In this document: one piece after another, positions 9,175-21,637 of the stretch
How the letters are laid out: every line of letters starts with the position of its first letter
Numbering within the stretch: the first letter of the stretch is position 1
Assembly (NCBI GenBank): GCA_963778945.1
Contig: CAVZWL010000014.1
Span: 152,387-216,386, forward strand
Length of the DNA: 64,000 nucleotides
Origin: Ignavibacteriota bacterium
GTDB taxonomy: Bacteria > Bacteroidota > Ignavibacteria > UBA10030
Reading direction: 5' to 3'
Notes under the pieces: model-generated
Databases searched by the model: none
What the model saw: only the letters and a program-made list of their open reading frames with translations
Told to the model about the DNA's origin: nothing
Translations under genes and position numbers: made by a program

Positions 9175-10590
9175 ATGTCTCATTACGATGATTTCGACGA
9201 TAACGAGTCCCATCCGCAGTCTTCCGAGCAATCAGAAGAAGCTGTTCGGCGTTTTCGCGAACTTATTAAAACCGGACAGAAAGATATCAACAATCCGGAT
9301 GCCCTGGAAGAAATCATTCAGTTTTATTTTTTTCACGAAAAATTCGACGAAGCGCTCATGTACGTCGAAAGGCTTCTTTCGTTTCAGCCTTTCAATTCGG
9401 ACGCACTGCAGCGCAAAGGCATGATTCTGAACAATCTGACCCGCTATGAAGATGCGCTCGAATGTTTCAAACGCGCGATAAGCCTGAATCCGGCCGATAC
9501 TGAAATTTATGTCAATCAGGGAATCGCATTTGATAACGTCAACAAAGTCGAAGAAGCAATGGCATCTTTCGACAAGGCTATCGCACTCGACCCGATGCAC
9601 AGTGATGCACTGTTTCACAAAGCAGTAACGCTGGAAAAAGTAGAAAAATTTGAAGAAGCGATCAATTTATTCAAAAACGTGCTGCATATCGATCCGGAAC
9701 ATCCTGAAGTCTGGTACGAAATGGGATATTGCTACGATTATATGGACAAACCGGAGGACTCCATACGCTGCTATGATGAACATATCAACCGTGATCCGTT
9801 CAATTTTAATGCATGGTACAACCGGGGTATCGTCCAGAATCGAATCGGAAAATTTCAAGAATCTATTGCGAGCTATGAATACGCCCTTGCCATCAAAGAA
9901 GACTTTCCTTCTGCATTATTCAACATGGGAAACGCCTATGCCAACCTGGGCAAATTGCAAGAGGCAATAAAATGCTTTAAGGCGACGATCGAATTTGATC
10001 CCAAGGATTATGCTGCATGGCACAATCTTGGAAATGCCTACGAAGAAATGCAGCAATATACGGATGCTATTTTCCATTACTCTCAGGCACTTCGATATAA
10101 TGCAGAACATCACGAATCGTATTTCGGAAGAGGATGCTGCTATGACGCCCTGGGAAAGCTGCCGGAAGCATTGAAAGACTATCGAAAGGCCGCCAGTTTG
10201 CAGCCTTCATTTCCCGAGTATTGGTATGCCTGTGCTGATGCGGAATACAACTCAGACCATAGAGATATTGCGCTTCAATATTATGAAAAAGTGACTCAAT
10301 TGGAGCCAAAGAACTATGAAGCATGGTTTGATTATGGAGACACATTGGTCGAAACCGGGAATTATAAGGGCGGTATTATCGCACTTGAACAGTCAATCAA
10401 GTTGAACCAAAAGTTCGGTCTGTCCCATTTTAGCAGGGCAAAAGCTCTTGCCGGATTGGATCGATTTGAAGAAGCCGCGAATGAATTTTCCGCTTCATTT
10501 AAAATTTCACCCGAATTACGAAGTGAGTTTTTAGCTATTTTCCCGAAGCTTGCTTCATGGCGCTGGTTTATGAAATTTATCAATCGTTAG
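9175..10590 (+). CDS. Tetratricopeptide (TPR) repeat protein
   Basis: Intact 471-aa ORF with about 11 successive 34-aa A/Y/F-patterned repeats (for example ..ALECFKRAISLNPADTEIYVNQGIAF..). Confidence 0.8.
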   Translation: MSHYDDFDDNESHPQSSEQSEEAVRRFRELIKTGQKDINNPDALEEIIQFYFFHEKFDEALMYVERLLSFQPFNSDALQRKGMILNNLTRYEDALECFKRAISLNPADTEIYVNQGIAFDNVNKVEEAMASFDKAIALDPMHSDALFHKAVTLEKVEKFEEAINLFKNVLHIDPEHPEVWYEMGYCYDYMDKPEDSIRCYDEHINRDPFNFNAWYNRGIVQNRIGKFQESIASYEYALAIKEDFPSALFNMGNAYANLGKLQEAIKCFKATIEFDPKDYAAWHNLGNAYEEMQQYTDAIFHYSQALRYNAEHHESYFGRGCCYDALGKLPEALKDYRKAASLQPSFPEYWYACADAEYNSDHRDIALQYYEKVTQLEPKNYEAWFDYGDTLVETGNYKGGIIALEQSIKLNQKFGLSHFSRAKALAGLDRFEEAANEFSASFKISPELRSEFLAIFPKLASWRWFMKFINR

Positions 10591-10641
10591 GCCTATCGCA
10601 TTTGTAATAAAAGACTTAACTACTGTCGCTTAAACTTTTCT

Positions 10642-11485
10642 ATGCAAAAATTTGCCATCATAGGTCATCCCATCAAACAGACACTTTCTCCAGTTATGCA
10701 TAATGCTGGTTTTGGCCTTTTGGGATTAAACTGCAGATATGAGGCTATTGATGTTCCATTTGACAGACTTCTTTTGATTCTTCCGGAACTTGTAAACCAA
10801 GGATTTTCCGGTTTTAATGTGACAATTCCTTTTAAAGAACAAGTCCAGCCGCTGCTTACAACCATCAGTCTCGAAGCGCAAGCAAGCGGTGCAGTTAATA
10901 CGATTCACGTTCGCGAAGATGGATGGTTTGGATACAATACCGATATTATAGGTGTTTTCAAAACTTTAGAACCTTATCAATCGCAAATCGATCAAAACGA
11001 AGTTTTAGTCCTCGGAGCCGGCGGAGCATCGCGCGCGATGCATTTATGTGCTGACACGCCACTTTAATCCAGCCCGAATTATCGTTGGAGGCCGGTCTAT
11101 ACAAAAGACGAATGTTCTTTTATCTAACTTTAGAGCAAATTCTCAAATTCCTCTCGATTCTGTTGATTTCAATCCCCATAAGTTAAATAATTACATCAGC
11201 ACTTCGAAGGTCATTATAAACACAACGCCGATCGGAATGTTTCCCAATATAGATGAATCTCCATTGCCCCCGAATGCGCCGCTGCGGAAAGAACATTTAC
11301 TTTTCGATGCAATATATCGTCCTCTTCAGACAAAATTTCTAAAAGAAGGAGCATCCGCTGGAGCTGCAACCCTTGATGGATTGACCATGTTTATTTATCA
11401 AGGAGCTGAATCCTTTAGAATATGGACCGGCTGCGATCTGCCCATCGATAAGATTCGCCAAATACTCACTGCACATCTCTCTTGA
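10642..11485 (+). CDS. aroE: Shikimate 5-dehydrogenase, split by one frameshift near 11040-11060
   Basis: MQKFAIIGHPIKQTLSPVMHNAGF..FSGFNVTIPFKE..GAVNTI..GYNTD..VLGAGGASRA in frame 1. It then continues as YVLTRHFNPARIIVGGRS..INTTPIGM..DAIYRPLQTKFL in the 11048..11485 frame. Confidence 0.8.
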
Positions 11486-11797
11486 TCTGTCCCTTTTATT
11501 AAACTAAAGAAACGACCTCTTTCTGCGGTAGAGAGAAACGGTTTGAATACACTTTTATTGACTTCTGCTTTTACTTTTTTCCAGATTGAAAACGTGTCTC
11601 AAAAAAACGATGTATTTCTTCATAAATTTAGGCCGTTTTAATGCCACCTTGAAAAAACCTTTTTTAATTTACTCCGTTATGAAAATCTCGCGAGTTAAAT
11701 AAGAAGGAATATTTTTAATATCATTTCATTGACTTTTGCTCCATTATTAAGTACATTTATTGATATTAAAATAAATGCTTAGAATTTGAGGAATCCA

Positions 11798-12107
11798 ATG
11801 TTTGCAGTAGTGGAAATTGCAGGTACACAGGTTACAGTTGCCCCTAATACTAAAATTTTCGTCCCCCGGCTGGAATCGGAAATAGGAACCACCATTAAAT
11901 TCGATAAAGTTCTTCTTAAAAATGACGATAAAAACACAGCCGTTGGATCTCCTTTTATTTCCGAGCTCTTTTATCGAAGCAAAAGTCCTGAAACATATCA
12001 AGGACGGCACAGTTATCGTGCTGAAAAAGAAAAAACGGAAAGGCTATCGAGTCCGCAATGGGCATCGACAGCAATACACGGAAATTGAAATTACAAAAGT
12101 AGAATAA
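11798..12107 (+). CDS. rplU: Ribosomal protein L21, one frameshift near 11960-11975
   Basis: MFAVVEIAGTQVTVAPNTKIFVPRLE..VGSPFI in one frame, then ..IEAKVLKHIKDGTVIVLKKKKRKGYRVRNGHRQQYTEIEITKVE in the 11922..12107 frame. Confidence 0.85.
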
Positions 12108-12125
12108 AGAGTTGGAGGTTTTACA

Positions 12126-12385
12126 ATGGCTCATAAAAAAGGTGCTGGAAGCACTAAAAATGGCCGCGAGAGCAATGCGCAACGTCTTGGTATCAAACGA
12201 TTCGGCGGACAAACGGTTTTGGCCGGCAATATCTTAGTACGTCAACGCGGAACAAAATTTCATCCGGGTCTTAATGTAGGCATCGGGAGCGATGATACTC
12301 TTTTCGCCTTGACAAACGGTGATTGTAAAATTTGAACGCGTCGGTAAATTAAGGCAAAAAGTAAGCATTTTGCCGTGCAGCGTAA
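12126..12385 (+). CDS. rpmA: Ribosomal protein L27, apparently two single-base indels near the 3' end
   Basis: [65 protein letters not shown], then (I)[17 protein letters not shown] in the next frame. Removing one base near 12372 gives ..SILPAA-TAA at 12383-12385, just before the terminator. Confidence 0.85.
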
Positions 12386-12404
12386 ACTCAAGAAAGAACC
12401 CTTT

Positions 12405-12440
12405 AACCTCCCTTCCTCAAAGATGCGGAGGTTTTTTTTG
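12405..12440 (+). terminator. Rho-independent terminator after rplU-rpmA
   Basis: cctcc (12407-12411) pairs with ggagg (12427-12431), followed by TTTTTTTT. Confidence 0.55.
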
Positions 12441-12547
12441 CGTTGTCCGCCTGAGGGAAAACATCTCCTCGAAGCAGGAATTTCTTTCCCGAATTATCGT
12501 GTTCTATAATCAAGCGGCTTATGAATAAAAATTCTCTCTTATTTTAA

Positions 12548-13499
<952 letters not shown>

Positions 13500-14205
13500 T
13501 TCGATTGTATAAACAAGATTTTCTCTTAAAGCGTAAGAACTATACTTAAGAACTATACTGTAGAAATTTGACCGGGGAGCGGCGGATACAAATATTTTTC
13601 CTATGCCTTCGCGGATTCGCATATCAGAAAACGCACAGGTTGCAGAGACTGATCACTGAACAACGTTTCATGGAGCGATGTCTTGAGCACGTGTCCGGCG
13701 ATCAAGAGCGCAGTATACCGGAAATAACCCGCATGGCCGCAAGCAAGGGGATGTTCATACTAAATGCGACGTGTCTTGCGCAGAAAATCATTTGAAAATA
13801 CCGGAATGCGGAAAAGATTCGATCCTTGTTTATTATGTCCGTCTCGCTTCATTTTTTTGACTCTCTGAGAAAGCCGCCTGTCTTAATAGATGCGGCGTCA
13901 GCAATTCTTACAACTTACCGATTGTCTTATTTTGTCTTTTCTTTTTTATTACAATTTCGCCGGCGTCATCGATTGCATCGTTAGCCTCTCCGTTTGATTT
14001 TTTTCCATCAGACAAACTTTTTGACTCGGAGAAAAAAAATTATAAAATAAGTAATTTTTTCGGTTATTCATAGAAAAACACAGCTTATTAATGAATATAT
14101 ATTCTGTAAATTGCATTTTATTTATCCATTATATATACTAATGCCGATGCGGTAGCATTATTTTTTTCCATTAATCTTTTCCAATCCATCTTTAAGGAGG
14201 ACTCT

Positions 14206-15521
14206 ATGAATTTTTCAGCTCGATTTTTAGGATTGCTTGTCCTTGTCACTTTTCTTGCGACAGGAACATTATTCGCCGGAGGTTATCAATTGAATGAACA
14301 AAATGCCCGCGCGGTCGGTATGGGCGGTGCTTTTGCTGCAACTGCATCTGATCCTTCTGCAATATATTTCAATCCGGCAGGACTTGCATTCCAGGATGGT
14401 TTTAATGTTCTCGGCGGTATTAATTTTATTATTCCATCGACCACATTCACACCTGCAGCCAATTCCTACCTGCAGCCCATCATTGTTTCTACAAATCCTC
14501 AGGTCTTTACTCCCTTTAATATTTATGGATCGTACAAACTTAATGATAAGATTGTCGTTGGACTTGGAATTTATAATCCATTTGGATTGGGTACACAATG
14601 GCCTGATCAATGGGGACGAGCGTATATGAATCCGTTCGGTGCAAATTATCTCGGCAGCTCTTTGGCCATTAATTCGAGCATTGCAACATATTATTTCAAT
14701 CCGACAATCGCATATAAAATCAACGACAAATCTTTCCGTTGGTTTGGGAGTAAGTTATGTCTACTCAACCGTCGATATGACAAAAGCCATACCATTGGGT
14801 ATTACTTGGTTTATTTATCCCGCCCTTAACGGTTTTACCGGAGTCAATGAATTAAAAGGCACCGGAAATGGATTTAATGCAGATATCGGTATTATTTACA
14901 AGCCGATCGATAAATTATCACTGGGATTATCATATAGGATAGAAACAGACATCGATTTTTCAGGAAATGCGACTTACACGAATATGAGCGCGCTTGCTCC
15001 CGCATTTCCCAATGGAACGGGAAAAGCAACACTTCCAATGCCGGGTAATTTATATTTCGGTGCAGCATATATGCTGTCGCCCGATCTGAGAATCGAATGT
15101 GACTTCCAATATGTCCAATGGTCTGCATACAATAAACTTCAGATCAATTTGCCCGCTCCCGTCGGCACTGAGACCTATGCAAAAAACTGGACGGACGAGC
15201 CTATTATCCGTCTTGGCGCAGAATATAAGGTAAATGAAAAGTGGACTTTCCGCTTTGGCGCAATCGAAGATTATTACACCGCAGCCTGTAAGCACGACCG
15301 AACCGATGCTCCCGGACGCAAACCGTACTGATATATCAGTCGGCTGCAGCAATAAGATTACTGATAAATTGTATGTCGACGTAGCTTATATGATTGTTTT
15401 GTTCGCTGATAAAACTGCACAGGATCGTTTCCCGGGTGCAACAAACGGAACTGCGACAATTCCAGGCACGTACAGCAGCACTGCGAGCATTATCAGTGTA
15501 AATTTCGGTTATAGTTTCTAA
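14206..15521 (+). CDS. FadL/OmpP1/TodX-family outer-membrane transport protein, spread over three frames (two frameshifts, near 14740 and 15290)
   Basis: Signal peptide, then GGYQLNEQNARAVGMGGAFAATASDPSAIYFNPAGLAF (the characteristic N-terminal hatch motif). There are beta-strand-like alternations throughout and a C-terminal ..ISVNFGYSF. Confidence 0.75.
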
Positions 15522-15544
15522 TATTCATCAGCGCTTCAATAAAA

Positions 15545-15576
15545 AGCCCGATGAGACATCTCATCGGGCTTTTTAG
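15545..15576. terminator. Bidirectional rho-independent terminator
   Basis: agcccgatgag (15545-15555), loop acat, ctcatcgggct (15560-15570). It is flanked by AAAAA on the 5' side and TTTTT on the 3' side. Confidence 0.7.
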
Positions 15577-15644
15577 TTACTTGATTTCCGCTCGCTCTTT
15601 GACTTTATAAATCCCCTCACCCAAGCATAAATCCACTCTTTCCA

Positions 15645-16064
15645 CTATCTTTTTATACTCATTCTAATCAGCGATCCATTTTTAAGTTTTTTGAATTTCA
15701 CGTCATCCATAAGCGAACGTATCAAGAAAACGCCACCGTCCGCTTTCCTTGAGCAAATTTCTCTCCTCAATCGGATTCGGCAGTTTTTCCGCTTCGAAAC
15801 CGGTTCCGTTATCTTTTACTGTTATCGTAATGTTGTGAGCGTGTGACGCAGCATTTTATATTGACAATTTTTTTTTCATCTAATTTGTTTCCATGAATAA
15901 TGGCGTTATTGACGGCTTCTGTAGTTACAATCAGCAATTTATAACACTGCTCTTGAGCAAGATGATTTTCCCTGCTCGAGCTTTTTGATAACAGCCTCGA
16001 TTTTTCGCACTTCTTTCGGATTACTTTTACAATTTAATTCATATTTGATTCGGCTTCCTGTCAT
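15645..16064 (-). pseudogene. RsbW/SpoIIAB-like anti-sigma-factor serine kinase (HATPase_c family), broken by at least 2 frameshifts and absent from the ORF track
   Basis: Hand translation of the minus strand gives MTGSRIKYELNCKSNPKEVRKIEAVIKKLE.., ..LAQEQCYKLLIVTTEAVNNAIIHGN.., ..TITVKDNGTGFEAEKLPNP.. and ..LMDDVKFKKLKNGSLIRMSIKR*. Each piece is under 60 aa. Confidence 0.5.
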
Positions 16065-16118
16065 GATCTTCTTTTTTGCTGATTCGCTTTTTTCATAATT
16101 GCCCTGCATAGAGATTCT

Positions 16119-17520
16119 TTACAGCAGCTCGAATTTATCTCCGCGCCGGGGAATAACAATATTGCTGTAACCTATGCTCGGCCAATTTTGCTTTCAATTT
16201 TTCAGCTTGTTCAATTTCGCCATGCACTAAAAATATTTCTTTTATTTTTGTCTTTATCTTCTTGCTCGTATATATCCGACAATTTCATCCTGTCCCGCGT
16301 GGGCAGAGAATGAATTCAAAACTGCATATTTCTGCGTTCACTTTATGCACATCTCCGAAGATGGTCACTTCCGGTTGTTTTTCCACCAGCCGCCGTCCCA
16401 ATGTATGTTCCGCCTGATAGCCGACGAAAAGGATGGTGTTCTGCGGATTTTCAATCGTATTTGCCAGGTGATGAACGACGCGACCGCCTTCGCACATTCC
16501 CGAAGCCGAAATGATAACACATGAACTTTTCATATCGTTAAGTTTTTTCGATTCTTCGACAGTCCGTATATATTGAAGTCGTCGAAATCCGAATGGATCT
16601 TCGTGTGCGTGCAGGAGCTTCATCGTTTCTTCATCAAAACACTCCGGATGAAGCCGGAAAACATCGCTTGCGTTGACGGCCAGCGGACTGTCGATATAGA
16701 TTGGAATCGTCGGCAGCCGGCTTTCATCAAATAATTCATGAAGCAAATAGACTACTTCCTGCGTACGACCGACACTAAACGAAGGAATCACGATTTTTCC
16801 GCTCCGTTCCGCCGTCCTTTGAATAACCTGGCAGAGTGAATCCTTCATTCCAGTGACCGGTTCATGAATTTTTCCCCCATAGGTACTCTCCGTGATGAGA
16901 AAATCGACGGGAGGCAGCGGCTGCGGATCCTTAATAATCGGCATGTTTTTTCTTCCAAGGTCGCCCGTAAATCCCACCAAGAATGTTTTACCCCTTTCTT
17001 CGATCTCCAGGAAGGTTACGGCAGAACCCAGAATATGTCCTGCATCGAAAAACGTAGCATGCACTCCATTGCAGACCTCAATGCGATGCTCATAACTAAC
17101 GCTGACAAATTGCTGCAGAATATCGGTTACGTCAACTACATCATAGAGAGGCTGTATTGTGGGTTCATGCTTCTTAAGATGCTTCTTGTTGACATACTGA
17201 ATATCCCGTTCTTGAATATACGCGCTGTCATAGAGCATGATATTGCAAAGATCGCGGGTTGCATCGGTCGTATACACCGGACCGTGGAATCCGTTTTTCA
17301 TCAATCCCGGAAGGTTCCCGGAATGGTCGATATGTGCATGGGAAAGAATGACTGCATCTATTTTTGACGGATCGAATGGAAAATTCTTATTTCGTTCAAA
17401 TGCTTCAGACCTTTTTCCTTGAAAAAGACCGCAATCGAGCAATAATTTGCTGCCGTTGACCGAAATGAGATGCATCGAGCCTGTTACGGTCTGTGCAGCG
17501 CCATAAAATTCAAAGACCAT
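16119..17520 (-). CDS. MBL-fold metallo-hydrolase with beta-CASP/RNA-specificity domain (RNase J/CPSF-like), 3' end shredded by about 3 frameshifts
   Basis: MVFEFYGAAQTVTGSMHLI..LDCGLFQG..ILSHAHIDHSGNLP in ORF 16285..17520. The C-terminus continues by hand translation as FSAHAGQDEIVGYI.. and ..IFLVHGEIEQAEKLKAKLAEHGYSNIVIPRRGDKFELL* (stop at 16119). Confidence 0.8.
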
Positions 17521-17708
17521 TGCTTCTCCTTTTACCCATTTTTACAAAATGAAAGTAGCGAGAAGATTAAAAAAAAGCAAAAAACAAAATAACAGAAGTT
17601 CGTAGTGCGTGGTGCTGCGTCGAGTTATGATTTATAATCTCCTGTGCAGAAGGTCCGACAAGTTAACCGTTCCGACCGGAAACGTCCGGTATGTCCTTGC
17701 AATCTTAT

Positions 17709-18191
17709 TCATGGCTGCAAAATAATTATTTTCAATTTCAGGACCAGAAGACTATGAACGAAGAATTTATTTTTAAACCAGTTCACTTTCAGCGAAAAAA
17801 AAGCGACTTCGAATCTGCCATTTTCAGGAGAATCCGATCCATGCACGATATTCTCTCCTTTATTGTCCGCAAATAATTTTCGTATCGTGCCTGGCAAAGC
17901 ATCTTTCGGGTCTGTCGCTCCGATCAATGTCCGGTAATCAGCGACAGCATTTTCTTTTTCAAGGGCTATTGGAACGCATGGTCCGCTTGTCATAAACTCC
18001 ACAAGACCTTCATAAAAAGGACGTCCTTTATGCACCGCATAAAAGGCTTCCGCTTCTTCCTTTGTCAGTCTGATCTGTTTCATTCCGAGAATTTTAAATC
18101 CGTCTTTTTGAATTCTCAAAATGACTTCTCCCTGTAAATTTTTCCGGACACAATCCGGTTTTAGAATTGCCAATGTTCTTTCTGCTGCCAT
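17709..18191 (-). CDS. ndk: Nucleoside diphosphate kinase. The as-sequenced ORF overruns, and the true stop is probably at 17773.
   Basis: [43 protein letters not shown]. Adding one base to the A8 run at 17795-17802 gives ..[15 protein letters not shown]. Confidence 0.9.
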   Translation of the reverse strand: MAAERTLAILKPDCVRKNLQGEVILRIQKDGFKILGMKQIRLTKEEAEAFYAVHKGRPFYEGLVEFMTSGPCVPIALEKENAVADYRTLIGATDPKDALPGTIRKLFADNKGENIVHGSDSPENGRFEVAFFSLKVNWFKNKFFVHSLLVLKLKIIILQP

Positions 18192-18324
18192 AGGATTTTA
18201 ACAGCTCCTTCTTCTAGTTATTGATTTTTCTTTTTCAAAATTTTAGACTTGTTGAAGTTTCGTTTTCCGGCGCATCGATGCACCTGAGATTTCCGCCTCT
18301 GGAGAACAGCGCGTTTTGTGGATT

Positions 18325-19229
18325 TTACAGTAGCTTTTCAACAGTTTCGCCGATCAATGCCGGATTTTCAACGACAATAATGCCTGCGGCGCGCATTGCG
18401 TTCATTTTTTCTTCTGCGGTTCCTTTACCGCCGGAAATAATGGCGCCGGCGTGCCCCATACGTCTCCCCGGCGGCGCAGTTTGTCCGGCAATGAATCCAA
18501 TGACCGGTTTCCGTGACTTTCGCCTTAATAAATTCCGCCGCCTCTTCTTCAGCCGTTCCGCCTATTTCGCCGATCATGACAATGACTTTCGTTGCTTTGT
18601 CGCGATTAAATAATTTTACGGCATCGAGAAACCGTGTTCCGATAATCGGATCTCCGCCAATACCGAGACACGTAGACTGGCCTATTCCACGCCTGTGTTA
18701 ATTGATCTACCGCTTCATATGTCAATGTTCCGCTGCGAGAGATAATGCCTACATGTCCCGACATATGAATAAATCCGGGCATAATTCCAACTTTCGCTCT
18801 CTCCTGGCGTAATAACTCCCGGACAGTTCGGCCCGATGAGACGGACTTTTTTCTTTTGAATAAACTCATAAAACTTTCACCATATCGTTTACCGGTATTC
18901 CTTCGGTAATCGCAACGATAAGTTTCACTCCCGCATCCGCCGCTTCCAGAATAGCATCTGCGGCAAATGCTGCAGGAACAAAGATAATCGATGTATTTGC
19001 CCGTCTGCTTCTGAACTGCTTCTTGCACCGTATTGAAAATCGGAACTGCGATCGGAAAATGGTCTTTTTCATTTCCCTCATAGAGCGTCCCGCCTTTGCC
19101 GGGGGTAACGCCGGCTACCACTGAGGTTCCGTACTCTATCATTTGTTTTGTATGAAATGTACCTTCCGCGCCTGTTATTCCCTGAACAACAAGCCGCGTT
19201 TTCTTATTCACAAGAATGCTCATAAGCAT
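18325..19229 (-). pseudogene. sucD: Succinyl-CoA synthetase alpha subunit, at least 5 frame disruptions as sequenced
   Basis: The pieces read [163 protein letters not shown] and [60 protein letters not shown]. They lie in alternating frames (hand translation). Confidence 0.85.
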
Positions 19230-19255
19230 CCTCCTTCTGCAAAGAAGATTTAAGT

Positions 19256-20670
19256 TTAATTTTGATGTTCAAGAAAATCTGCGGTTCGGAGAAGCACCGA
19301 TTCACCAAATTGCGGCCCCATAATCTGAAGACCGATCGGCAGTCCCCGGCTGTCGATTCCGCACGGAATGCTGATGCCGGGAATACCTGCTAAATTCGCC
19401 GACGTCGTGTAAATATCGGACAAATACATTTGAAGAGGATCGTCCATTTTTTCTCCTGCCTTAAACGAAGTCGTCGGACTTGTCGGCGTTATGACGCAAT
19501 CGACTTCCTTGAATGCATTCATAAAATCCTGCTGAATCAATCTTCTTACTTTTTGGCCCTTCCGGTAATAGGCATCGTAATATCCGGCTGAAAGCACATA
19601 CGTGCCCAGCATAATACGACGTTTGACTTCGGCTCCAAATCCTTCGCTTCTGGATTTTACATACATCGATGAGAGTGTCTTTGCACTCTCGGATCTGTAA
19701 CCGTACCTCGCTCCGTCGAAACGAGCAAGATTCGAAGATGCTTCGGCAGTCGCAAGTATATAATACGCCGCAATCGTATATTCCGTATGAGGAAGGGACA
19801 CTTCTTTAATGAGGGCTCCGTTTTTTCGCAGTATATCTATGCTCTTTTCGACAGCAGCTCTTATTTCCTCATTCAGCGCTTTACCAAAATATTCCTTCGG
19901 CAATCCGATGCGAAGTCCACGGACATCGCACGTCAAGGAGGCGTGATAGTCGGGAACCGGAATATCAGCCGATGTTGAATCGTTCGGATCGTAGCCGGCG
20001 ATAATCTGGAGCACAGATGCAATATCTTTTACGGTGAGTGCAAAAGGTCCTATTGTATCGAATGATGAAGCATATGCCACGAGACCATAGCGGGATACGC
20101 GTCCATATGTAGGTTTTAAGCCGTAAATACCGCAAAATGCTGCAGGCTGACGAATTGAACCTCCGGTATCGGACCCGAGAGATGCGGTAGCCATTCCCGC
20201 AGTAACTGCAACAGCAGAACCGCCGCTCGACCCTCCCGGGACTCGATCCCGATCCTGCGGCAGCTTTACTCTTCCGTAGGCCGAATTCTCCGTCGATGAA
20301 CCCATTGCGAATTCGTCCATATTGCATTTCCGATCAGCAGAGCATCTGCTTCCTGGAGTTTCCGGATAACGGTTGCATCATAGAGCGAAACAAAATCTTT
20401 GAGAATTCTCGAGCCGCACGAGACTCTTGCATTCTTTATGCATATGATATCTTTGACGGCAATGACCATCCCGGCCAATGATCCGGATGTACCGGCCGCT
20501 ATTTTTTTATCGACCGATTCAGCCTGCGAGAGCGCTCGTTCCGGAAAAACGTCAAGAAAGGCATTCAAATCTTTTTGCTGTTCAATGGCATCAAGATATT
20601 GCCGGGTCACCTGCACACACGTAGTCTTTCCCGAGGCAAGATCTGCCTTGATTGCATGAAAAGTTTTCAT
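19256..20670 (-). CDS. gatA: Glu/Asp-tRNA amidotransferase subunit A, one frameshift near 20300-20330
   Basis: [35 protein letters not shown].. in one frame, then [44 protein letters not shown] in the other (amidase signature). Confidence 0.9.
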
Positions 20671-20689
20671 TTTAGATGGCTGAGTGCTT

Positions 20690-20893
20690 TTACTTTTGCT
20701 GCGGAGTCTCTTTTTTTTCGTCCGGCTTCTTAACCTCGGTTTCCACTTGATCCTGGACATCACGAACAGCTTTTCTGAATTCACGAATACCTTCGCCCAA
20801 TCCTTTTGCAAGATCGGGAAGTTTCTTGGCACCGAAGAAAATCAAAATGAAAAGAAATATAAGAAACATTTCCGGACCGCCGACATTACCCAT
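20690..20893 (-). CDS. tatA: Twin-arginine translocase TatA/E-family protein
   Basis: MGNVGGPEMFLIFLFILIFFGAKKLPDLAKGLGEGIREFRKA, followed by a charged tail. Confidence 0.8.
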   Translation of the reverse strand: MGNVGGPEMFLIFLFILIFFGAKKLPDLAKGLGEGIREFRKAVRDVQDQVETEVKKPDEKKETPQQK

Positions 20894-20909
20894 AACAACA
20901 ACTCCTCTC

Positions 20910-21637
20910 TCAAACAGCAGCGAACTGCTGCGCTGATGATGCAAAATTATGAACTATTGATTCGAAAATTCTTTTCCCGTCTGTTAATCCCAGCAGGACA
21001 TCCGATGCGCGCTCTGGATGCGGCATCATGCCCAGCACATTCCCCTCTTCGTTGACAATTCCCGCAATGTTATTCACCGAACCGTTCGGATTCGATTCCT
21101 TAGTCACGCGGCCGGATTCATCGCAATAACGAAAAACGACCTGACCGTTTTCTTCGAGTTTCTTGATTGTATCCGCTTCGGCAAAATAATTGCCGTCGCC
21201 GTGTGCAATCGGAATGTTCAACACTTCACCTTGCTTTACAGGATTCCGTGAATCGCGTTGAAACATTTTCTGTGCGTATCCATACATTCCTGCAGACAAA
21301 CAGAAGCGATTCATTGCGTAAAAGCACGCCGGGAAGAAGTCCGGCCTCCGTAAGAATCTGAAAACCGTTGCATATGCCGATAACCGCCCGCCATTCCGGC
21401 AAATCGCACAACATCCTTCATGATAGGGGAAAAACGCGCAATAGCGCCGCATCGAAGATAATCTCCGTACGAAAACCCTCCAGGCACGATAACAACATCG
21501 ACATCGCCGAGAGAACTTTCTTTGTGCCAGATGAGCCGCGAGTCCTGGCCGGCAAGCTGGCCGGATGCATAGTGCGCATCATGATCGCAATTCGAACCTG
21601 GAAAAACAATAACTCCAAACTTTATCTTTCCCATCAT
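20910..21637 (-). CDS. purQ: Phosphoribosylformylglycinamidine synthase, glutaminase subunit (PurQ), at least 2 frameshifts
   Basis: [56 protein letters not shown] and [29 protein letters not shown] occupy three frames. Confidence 0.8.

Noticed and set aside
9175-10590. TPR protein as part of a larger system with neighbouring genes
   Set aside because: It is flanked by unrelated housekeeping genes (yggS on the opposite strand, aroE downstream), with no partner domains. It was treated as a stand-alone scaffold protein.
13568-13795. 75-aa plus-strand ORF in the mdh to fadL-like spacer
   Set aside because: It has no RBS, no recognisable motif, and a composition untypical of the neighbouring genes. 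It is kept only as part of the GC-richer-island observation.
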